Origin: Prorocentrum cordatum
Taxonomy: Eukaryota
Reading direction: 5' to 3'
Assembly: GCA_963575745.1 (NCBI GenBank)
Contig: CAUYUJ010000064.1
Span: forward strand, 1-64,000
Length of the DNA stretch: 64,000 bases
Shown: in pieces, positions 61,244 to 64,000 of the stretch
Layout of the letters: the number at the start of each line of letters is the position of its first letter
Numbering within the stretch: position 1 is the stretch's first letter
Notes under the pieces: model-generated
The model's database searches: none
What the model was told of the DNA's origin: nothing
What the model saw: only the letters and a program-made list of their open reading frames with translations
Position numbers and translations under genes: made by a program

Positions 61244-63620
61244 GATCATCATCAATCACATCATCATCATCATCACCATCACCATCATCATCATCACATC
61301 ATCATCATCATCATCATCATCATCAGCAGCATCATCATCCCCCTCCTCCTCCTTCTCCTCCCCTCCTCCTCCTCCTCCTCCTCCTCATCATCATCATCAT
61401 CATCCTCCTCCTCCTCTTCCTCCTCCTCCCCGCGCCTCCTTCTCCTCCTCCTCCTCCTCCCCCTCCTCCCCTTTCCCCCCCCCCCCCCACCCAAGGGTCC
61501 CCTTCGTCAAATTTTGCCCATGAAGGATTCCCCCTCCTGGCCCCTGTCATCGAGAAGGAGGACGAGGAGGAGGAGGAGGAGAAGGAGGAGGAGGGGGAGG
61601 AGGAGGAGGAGGAGGAGGAGGAGGAGGAGGAGGAGGAGGACGTCTCGGGACGTCTCTTGAGGTGGGGGGGGCGCCCGTGGCGCCCCCCCACCTGACTCGG
61701 GCGCATCCCGCGCCCGCGCGCGGCGGGCGGCTCGCGGCCGTCCCGCCCCCCCGCCCGCGCACGCACTGCCGCCGGCGCTCAGCGCCCGCGGCGCGGCTGC
61801 CTGCGCCGCTCGGCGTGGCTCACGAGCCGAGCTGGTGGCCCGCGCCTCCGCCGTGCCCCAGCGTGCTGAGCGGGGCGTTGCGCGCAGCCGTTCTGCGGCG
61901 CGCGCAGCTGGGCTGTACACTAGCCCAGGAGGAGGCGGATGGAGGGCTGCTGGCCTCCTCCTCCTGCGGCAGGCGCGGCGCGGGCCACCTTGGCGGGCTG
62001 CTGCACCTCGTCCACTCCTGGCAGCTGCCGCGCCCGCCGCGCCGCGCGCGGCTGCTGCTTCGCGCCTCCTCTGGCGTCAGCGCTTGCTGCCGCGGCTGCC
62101 GCTGGCTGGGTCGCGTGGTGGATCTGCTCCTCCAAGCGGTCCTTCCAGTCGTCGCGGTTGATCGTGGCCTGTTCAGCGGCTGGTCTCGGCGCGGCTTCTC
62201 CGTCATCATCAGCGCTGCGTGCCACATCCACGCGGGGGCTGGGCCGAGCTGCTGCCGCTGCCAGGAGCAGCGCCACGGCCTCGGCCGTGCCGATCCTGGC
62301 TCTGCCATCGCCTCCGCTGCTGTCAGGCTGGCCTTCGCTGTTGTGGAGGATCAGCGGCTGGAAGTCGGGGCTGCCCACGCCGCTGAGCCTGAGGAAGGTC
62401 CTGGCCATCCGCTGCTAGTCGTCGGTGAGCTCCTGCCCTTGTTGCCGTCGCTCGCGTATTTTGGTGCGCTGGACCTCGCGGAGGGAGACGCTGCGGCCCC
62501 ATGCTGTGCGGCACACCTCCTCCGCGAGCTGCTTCTTATAGTCGCAGTAGTCGTCATCGTCCGTCGCGTTGAACAGTCCATGTCCTTGGCCTCCAGCTGC
62601 TGCAGCACGAAGGGGACGCACCACTTCAACAACAACTGCTGCTCGTCCAGCTCCTCGTTCCGCAGGAACTCGCGGGGAAGCCATTCAGCTCCGATCAGGC
62701 CGATGGTCCTCGTGAGCTCATCGAGGCGGTCCCTGCGCCCTGAAGGCATCGAGCGGGAGCAGGTCCTGGCCGATGACTGTCCTGGGCGGTCCTTCTTGAT
62801 GAAGGGGGACTTGGTGACGATGGCGTGGTCCGCAATGACGTGGAGCTCACCCTGGACGAGCTCGATGCTGTCGTCTACGTGGCTGCGAGAACTCCTGTTG
62901 AGTACTTCCTTGAGCCTGGCCTCGCGGCGGGCTGCGGCAGCTGCCATGGCCTCTCTGGCCGCAGGGATCCTGTCACGGCCTGCGCGTCTGGGCTGGCGTC
63001 GGGTCCCGCTGGGCGGCGCGCCTTACACTGTGGTTTGCCTGCAGGCCCCTGCGCGGGACGCTTGGTCGCATTCCCGCGCGTGTCGGCCTTGGTGCTGACT
63101 GGCGCCTCCGCCTCCGCGGGCGGCTGGTCTGTCTGGGCTTCTCCGTGCTGGGGACCGTGGTCTTGCACCTCAAGCTGGTGTGCAAGTTCGAAGACTGCTG
63201 GGTGCGCCCTGTCGGTGTGGCCCGCTGGCCCCACGGCGGTCTGCATGAGCTGCATGTCGTCTTCCTCCTCGGGTCGGCTGCGCCAGCCTGCTATAATCCT
63301 TCGCCTGGCCTGCACGTTAGCGCTTCGGCGTCGGTGTTCAGCTCCTGGTACTGCTTCGGCTTGGGGCTGGTCGACTTGTTGTGCACCGCGTGTCGGCAGG
63401 TCCGTCGCTGCTGCTTCCTCGGCGGTCCCTGCCTGGCTGGCTGGGGAGGAGGAGGAGGAGGAGGAGGAGGAGGAGGAGGAGGAGGGGGAAGGAGAGGATT
63501 GAGGGAGGCGGCACATGATAAAGAGGAGAAATGGGAAAGGAGACGATCCCCGACCCCCCCAGACCCTCCGCGCCAGGCCTTGCCGGTCGCGCAGAAGCCG
63601 CACTTGAACGCGCAACCTAC
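11132..63620 (-). CDS. Multi-exon RlmN/Cfr-family radical SAM RNA methyltransferase (Cfr-like), partial; N- and C-terminal exons not found in window
   Basis: Ten exons join in frame to [203 protein letters not shown]. CxxxCxxC, MGMGEP, SLH, ND and VNLxxYN motifs occur in family order. All acceptors are AG|G and intron phases match. Confidence 0.93.
11235..11428. mobile_element. MITE-like element
   Basis: Imperfect TIRs tcgggagcggccaagaggggggtg / caccccc..ctcttttccgcccccga. Confidence 0.6.
12016..12460. repeat. (GAGAG)n / (GAGAT)n pentanucleotide repeats
   Basis: Direct inspection. Confidence 0.93.
15600..17580. repeat. Degenerate 33-bp-based minisatellite
   Basis: Recurrent gaccccgtcgcgctgctcaacgccgcggcgct; reads LDPVALLNAAA on the plus strand and LSSATGSSAAA on the minus strand. 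Confidence 0.75.
18616..18722. repeat. (CT)n microsatellite
   Basis: Direct inspection. Confidence 0.93.
19427..19516. repeat. (CA)n-(GCAC)n microsatellite
   Basis: Direct inspection. Confidence 0.93.
21348..21682. mobile_element. MITE family A copy, interrupted by a second MITE
   Basis: TIR RGTCGGGCRYGYCCC..TRCAGG at both ends; about 158 bp after removing 21391-21566. Confidence 0.75.
21391..21566. mobile_element. MITE family B (Tc1/mariner-like ends) nested in family A
   Basis: cagtcggggc...aggaaccct / gggttcct...ggccccgactg|ta. Confidence 0.7.
21752..21808 (-). CDS. RlmN/Cfr-like exon [18 protein letters not shown](R)
   Basis: tccgag|GTACCA...TTCAG|gcccgg; GC donor; HVNLxxYN motif. Confidence 0.9.
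22673..22698 (-). CDS. RlmN/Cfr-like 26-bp micro-exon ERPSEVRY(L)
   Basis: cgcgag|GAGCGT...TATCT|gtgccg; supplies the linker length and the phase needed before YHVNL. Confidence 0.8.
24590..25443. repeat. Foldback-like structure: ~30-bp tandem units, then the same units in inverted orientation
   Basis: gattcc..tgtggcggattgcaa units at 24590-24960; aatccgcca..aaggaatc units at 25310-25443. Confidence 0.6.
27188..27346. mobile_element. MITE family A copy
   Basis: ta|ggtcgggcgtgtccccc...agggacatgcccgacc|ta. Confidence 0.75.
27633..27710 (-). CDS. RlmN/Cfr-like exon [26 protein letters not shown]
   Basis: gccgag|GTCTGG...ATGAAG|gacccg; GA donor; YxxxxGxND motif. Confidence 0.9.
28045..28105 (-). 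CDS. RlmN/Cfr-like exon [20 protein letters not shown]
   Basis: ggccag|GTATCC...AGACGC|gcctgc; GC donor. Confidence 0.9.
28245..28420 (+). pseudogene. RNase H fragment of retroelement origin
   Basis: One frame reads IQ*VRSQ...[14 protein letters not shown], resembling the RNase H WV.(S/G)H...GN..AD..A..G C-terminal motifs. Confidence 0.45.
29174..29244 (-). CDS. RlmN/Cfr-like exon [23 protein letters not shown](M)
   Basis: ggggag|GTGAAC...CGCAT|gtgccc; phase-2 end matches the next exon; SLH motif. Confidence 0.92.
29350..29986. repeat. (ACATAT)n hexanucleotide repeat
   Basis: Direct inspection. Confidence 0.93.
30028..31360. repeat. 115-bp tandem satellite with ~35-bp sub-repeats and a ~620-bp higher-order duplication
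   Basis: aaataaccttctactcaactccc recurs at 30181, 30296, 30411 and onward; header tatatgaatttatatatgattcctacga at 30028 and 30648. Confidence 0.9.
31495..31782. repeat. (ACATAT)n hexanucleotide repeat
   Basis: Direct inspection. Confidence 0.93.
31925..32450. repeat. Pair of ~130-bp direct repeats, second with expanded (CA)n
   Basis: tgtcctcgggtgtgtttg..ccgaaccgaagatca..acacgaaccgcaaa...tttgcgtcggcggctgggcaga occurs twice. Confidence 0.75.
32797..32944. mobile_element. MITE family A copy
   Basis: ta|ggtcgggcatgtcctcctacagg...tgtagagggacacgtccga. Confidence 0.7.
35234..35460. repeat. (GA)n tract containing a 76-nt poly-A run (35249-35324) and (TA)n
   Basis: Direct inspection. Confidence 0.9.
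35601..35657 (-). CDS. RlmN/Cfr-like exon [19 protein letters not shown]
   Basis: cccaag|GTCTCC...CCTCAG|gccagg; GC donor. Confidence 0.92.
36200..36346 (-). CDS. RlmN/Cfr-like exon VLYF...MGMGEPLAN...RRIN
   Basis: gggaag|GTGTTG...ATCAAC|gtctgt; contains the MGMGEP signature. Confidence 0.95.
36512..36667. mobile_element. MITE family A copy
   Basis: agtcgggcgtgtccccctacagg...cctgtagagggacgtgcccgact|ta. Confidence 0.75.
37479..37523 (-). CDS. RlmN/Cfr-like exon [15 protein letters not shown]
   Basis: ccgaag|GTTGGC...GACCAG|gccccg; GC donor; matches the family GxxRxLxxxEIxxQ segment. Confidence 0.92.
38023..38350. repeat. (ATC/AGC)n array, left piece
   Basis: Direct inspection. Confidence 0.92.
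38355..40082 (-). mobile_element. 5'-truncated, decayed CRE-type (RLE) non-LTR retrotransposon
   Basis: HLQRAL...RRFDDL...[12 protein letters not shown], then [27 protein letters not shown]...ALDVGV...RRK..Y...PLAFTCYG (restriction-like endonuclease); bounded by (ATC)n on both sides. Confidence 0.72.
40085..40298. repeat. (ATC)n array, middle piece between CRE and YR elements
   Basis: Direct inspection. Confidence 0.92.
40299..40643 (-). repeat. 3' split-direct-repeat block B1-A2-B2 of YR element
   Basis: catgatatc...ttgaaacctgactcc occurs at 40299-40418 and 40524-40643. gcagcttgac...ctctcatgat at 40439-40529 matches the Copia-split copy at 47147/57870. Confidence 0.9.
40715..41430 (-). pseudogene. 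C5 cytosine DNA methyltransferase of YR element, frameshifted
   Basis: [10 protein letters not shown] (motif I), MMGPP/C (motif IV, restored by removing 1 nt), VIENPLSS (motif VI), [24 protein letters not shown] (motif X-like), in canonical order. Confidence 0.8.
41430..42440 (-). pseudogene. Tyrosine recombinase of YR element, disrupted
   Basis: STYLWP (catalytic R position), [24 protein letters not shown] (catalytic Y position); frameshift. Confidence 0.85.
43040..45030 (-). pseudogene. YR element reverse transcriptase / RNase H, disrupted
   Basis: [29 protein letters not shown] (degenerate YVDN), [28 protein letters not shown]; stops and frameshifts. Confidence 0.88.
45260..46827 (-). 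pseudogene. YR element ORF1 (gag-like), frameshifted
   Basis: [17 protein letters not shown]...SPDRDVW and [11 protein letters not shown]...WRDIV...HELETL...GGSFDQLN, split over two frames; first ORF of the element. Confidence 0.7.
47225..47563 (-). CDS. Second copy of the putative LTR ORF (3' LTR)
   Basis: Same translation as 56602-56940. Confidence 0.45.
   Translation of the reverse strand: MGARQKNKSTPRGNRSIGTAAATRRARARFLASVRALLVAARPGLVHPWRRRAPLTIPVREAIHLTRFLRRLSLGYTLEEGYRLAGIPALPEEEDELSVCSPSTPSADREID
47568..47588 (-). other. Dinoflagellate spliced-leader-like sequence in 3' LTR
   Basis: Identical copy of 56945-56965. Confidence 0.8.
48462..48469 (-). promoter_or_regulatory. Polypurine tract
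   Basis: GAGGGGGG immediately before the TG of the 3' LTR on the minus strand. Confidence 0.8.
48515..56560 (-). CDS. Copia Gag-Pol polyprotein: coiled-coil extension, Gag, 2x CCCH finger, aspartic protease, integrase, DNMT-like insert, RT, RNase H
   Basis: FALDSGTG (protease). HLATH...[26 protein letters not shown] (integrase HHCC and D,D,E). [15 protein letters not shown] and VYVDDML (copia RT). WSDADWAGD...STAEAE...DN (RNase H). No stops. Confidence 0.96.
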   Translation of the reverse strand: MATRNPNNLGEMIPLADAADEDLGLVLPAVFAEAAAGMPPPRPRPAHRPVLPFRGRGVEGRSGRGASSQAAPTPSAAVPVADASRADRSRTLLYAGADDEEPSAVGLDLTGELSRIIDQHAALETQTAILESEFQAKETALTERLEVALLERTEALSAQAHADLRSERGLMQRRLDEATAAAQHECHERLAVSSRELRAAEQQMAATDRQQLAGILAAESAAYAAADQRRREECDAIHAQALRNLEAQRVELSAVVSTASSRLAAAGELEAAASRAEQQSQAQAAEAQQRAAAAAQLESSTQQAFVGFEGRTRLQLRQYEAQIANLEAQQEQTKLRADRAAGLEAQVTVLHSRLTESEQRVHAFRDRAQQWANDLAATAEAQRGEQLEVQTALQQRVDILEQEVENWKHIASVAEERRVQPPQHDPVLSQPPPPPLQPQPDRLTGRFVSADGVLTQPQHFHMATPSRPLAAPQPGAAAASEPAPAPHAQPRPGPNRGVLPGHGAGVTMRAHIAAAGAPGGGGPPDRLGAGGSVRSEPVQRLPTQLQQRPSAAQAPAAQPDLPPGLRGPRRPGGDGGAGGDDSSPSTPGASGARRSRKSRKSKRSPSSSSSSTEDDIRRRKGAVKSLTLDPLPSAVGFREWVQDTYVKVNAASKRSKRRTMRWMQRIETVNDISELEALAEKQKRWDDLDSALAEAVLAIANSNLKRELLIYREERSRMGLPLSGRCALYMVYYRYTIERGQAMSVDLTTLVGLRFGGDLEGFLNAWDYALMALAKVPDEDMLCSLLECQLRKCKGLEPAFVTYDAAEEGTATRTSAFLYNAARREIVRRQRGQVRDDLMKLPQKAAPAKAAAAAAAATAAAKAKAQATPQVRSGEICQMFARDGSCRFGANCKFEHVGAASAPGAAAAKAKAKAKAEAAAKAKAKAKAQAKAKAAAAATSPAAAAAKPDDRPACRFWPKGECTNGENCAFKHVGPGKAKVPGAVCRAAPATGGPSDDLDEFALDSGTGNDLVPVGTQGVRRQRDDLCFLSTANGVIAPETTVTVGLEALNEDAEAIELPDTIPALSLGRRCAQHGYRFVWEPFADKPEFYAPEGSQVDVRVENFVPMVAGSRPSQPAGARRQVRCMPAMASAEADHAAPAAAEVAGAANGATHAAAQAAAAADHVAPPAGGPLSAHSDQQASANVVALDAAADPGEAPPAPPSTIAPAASAGGPDKALQDFERVLEGDPTEHDAEIDWDGIPLKCGVCEDDVVIDASIHNDPQSILHLATHLPKCPPGVCAGCDFGKTAKSRSSRRPTPAVELHAPDASVESFGALVHMDHIEMERGSEARKASPYSLHILDESTEFFSPYPARRRDTDTVLNSVGSFDSVPPKIRRWWTDSAPEFRAAARVVRSKRPLAHYQSTPRRAEANGKIERMNRVAIEGARCSLHQSGLSERWWPLAERHWAANYNGSVKNKAGLTRWQRRFGEPAPFVIYPFGALVLFRPPAGSKLPKLEGDPCSSSKWKNRLVPALLVGVAAGPAEQWAKSYLIVPLAAILADGRASRVSVRTVADVVFPSKVTFPLAQRLAFNGAFRDLSLPAPHTNDDAEGGYELIADEPCEEDVLAYDGMLKENSPQFSSTRASMLDVALAIDPDSQEGLDVVGQAGDGDAGADDPHSGHAAVEPDVAEAARLGVDADPVVQREIKPGPGRSPPSGWRRDDFGADGHIRRSVWAPPWSTRPPTLEPEVWLSLTMKHRQAERHKWKAADPAGFAAQEKRREDYQNLKAKGKVVTAVPSMPRLACSAFSGTPHEVYYEPPRHTWHRGSAAAGGQHAHAPSSDACVASGRAAGPAAPAAPAGLVIQAPTVPEIIAAAMPAIMSGKYNQMLVELCCSPESCLSAFVPARCIAIRVTEQLDLAAEKTLRAVQDILKRAARKKLRTMIWTAVPMAVTRALITNVAKVCTYARDKGQDVTWEWPTNSDLWSNDRVHQLINTVGGKFVKVSASAVGQQHQHAGRVVYTQKEWTLCSTDDSVTMTFENYSVDEAADSKEFVRCRGNIAKQTAQYTEQFARLFWSARRAGILPAAPGVPRSRAFFKSTSAIDDSDDDPRHEHREHDAGPPRHPLWCALVTRVVKPKSSEADCDGARKALEKELHGMRSKQVWDTSDVHSLRDLLNDESLSDAMLGRVFAILGIKGEELGKDAQQWKARVVFQGSNIRTKSGVSAADLFEEVANAPASFAAARAALAAAALAGREVSLRDAEAAYLQALIDTPFRIPTYVELPREWWPDSWFLDGAARQRPKYVRPHCRLKKALYGHPEAGALWEAKLNSILKQHGWEPAGLDHPGVHVHPDGGIFVVYVDDMLMIAPPSIAGPFWRALDTAIVFKEREQEIERYLGARYTMDPVNPACPSAARRLHTDMDDYVANALARFASEYGGELRKVTSPFLSPEQWAEDGVRPGVFAGSCASHVATLLFLSRVARPDIAVAVQRLCSVVSRWSTTHDAALVRLYAYLKAAGPMALAAEMAPDDIFDLELLMWSDADWAGDSEHTKSTGGVLVELHSPTSGRRWPLSWAVRKQTSTAGSTAEAETVALSHNTKHEGIPTQMLLERMLGIDIPLVALVDNTQAISAVTKGYSKKLKFLERTHKVSIGFLHELVVERGAMILKHAPTATHRGDGFTKAMSPARFMEARDLMGMIRTRP
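56569..56588 (-). promoter_or_regulatory. Primer-binding site complementary to an internal (half) tRNA, Ile-type anticodon arm
   Basis: Abuts the 5' LTR: GGTTATCAGCCGAAAGCTCT. The plus strand reads AGAGC-TTTCGG-CT-GAT-AA-CC, resembling a tRNA D-arm end plus anticodon stem-loop. No TGG (CCA complement). Confidence 0.7.
56602..56940 (-). CDS. Putative 112-aa LTR-encoded ORF ([10 protein letters not shown]...ADREID), unknown function
   Basis: ATG in an accATGG context 4 nt after the SL-like motif. Not low-complexity; basic N-terminus and acidic C-terminus. Stop lies 13 nt from the LTR end. Confidence 0.5.
   Translation of the reverse strand: MGARQKNKSTPRGNRSIGTAAATRRARARFLASVRALLVAARPGLVHPWRRRAPLTIPVREAIHLTRFLRRLSLGYTLEEGYRLAGIPALPEEEDELSVCSPSTPSADREID
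56945..56965 (-). other. Dinoflagellate spliced-leader-like sequence in 5' LTR
   Basis: TCCGTACCCGTTTGGCTCAAG vs DinoSL DCCGTAGCCATTTTGGCTCAAG (2 substitutions, 1 deletion), followed by AACC ATG. Confidence 0.8.
57871..61490. repeat. Long (ATC/AGC)n arrays grading into (CCT)n, with a ~0.5-kb unique insert (58800-59300)
   Basis: Direct inspection. Confidence 0.92.
61900..62950 (-). pseudogene. Frameshifted protein-like ORF remnant, probably TE-derived, unidentified
   Basis: Non-repetitive, protein-like segments ([11 protein letters not shown]...; [21 protein letters not shown]...[38 protein letters not shown]) continue across frames between (GGA)n tracts. Confidence 0.4.
63579..63620 (-). 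CDS. RlmN/Cfr-like exon [14 protein letters not shown] (4Fe-4S CxxxCxxC)
   Basis: ccgaag|GTAGGT...GGCAAG|gcctgg; GC donor. Confidence 0.92.
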
Positions 63621-64000
63621 CTTCGGAGGGCACGCCATCGCGGCCCCATCCCCTTCCGCATCCCCCTACTTACCCTCCCCCTCTCCGCCGCCTCCCCTTC
63701 CTCGACAATTGCATACGATGAACACTCCTCTTCCCCCTGACTCTGTACGGAAGATGTTCGGTCCTCTGTGTAGTGTGTTTTCACAGAGGATGTCAACAGT
63801 TACTTCTTCCTTATGGTCTTAGGATCCGATTGCTCTCGGTGTTTCAACATGGTGTTCCCGCTGCAGCGTGGGCTTCATTCTCGGATCGGCGCATTGCTCC
63901 CACCGTTCAGAGTGTGCTCTCGCCCCAGCGCGGGATACTTCTCTGGATCCGAATCCTTCTTCATCGTTGTCGCCCCCCTCATCGCCCCTCCTCCGCCTTC

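Noticed and set aside
57773..61523. Poly-Ile/Met/Asp/His ORFs up to 452 aa
   Set aside because: They are (ATC)n translations; the same applies at 6.3-7.0, 38.0-38.4 and 40.1-40.3 kb.

Overview
This is eukaryotic, almost certainly dinoflagellate, nuclear DNA. The evidence is GC/GA/GT splice donors with AG|G acceptors, a spliced-leader (DinoSL) relict, DNMT-carrying retrotransposons and dense triplet microsatellites. Most of the window lies inside one minus-strand gene. Ten micro-exons (25-147 bp; 63620 down to 11132) splice in frame into a radical-SAM RNA methyltransferase of the RlmN/Cfr family that looks distinctly Cfr-like; both ends of the gene were not found. Its 26-kb intron holds a retroelement nest built in one (ATC)n array: (1) a 5'-truncated CRE-type non-LTR element; (2) a decayed tyrosine-recombinase (DIRS/Ngaro/PAT-like) retrotransposon with A1..B1-A2-B2 split direct repeats and a C5 cytosine methyltransferase next to its recombinase; and (3) a young, intact 10.6-kb Ty1/Copia element inserted in that element's 5' repeat. 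The Copia is the most unusual object. It has 1250-bp LTRs that each carry a DinoSL-like 21-mer directly ahead of a 112-aa ORF, a half-tRNA(Ile)-type PBS, a 6-bp TSD, CCCH fingers in Gag, and an apparently catalytically dead DNMT-like domain between integrase and RT. The rest is a LINE remnant, several MITE families, satellites and microsatellites. Most ORFs in the supplied track are repeat or antisense artefacts.
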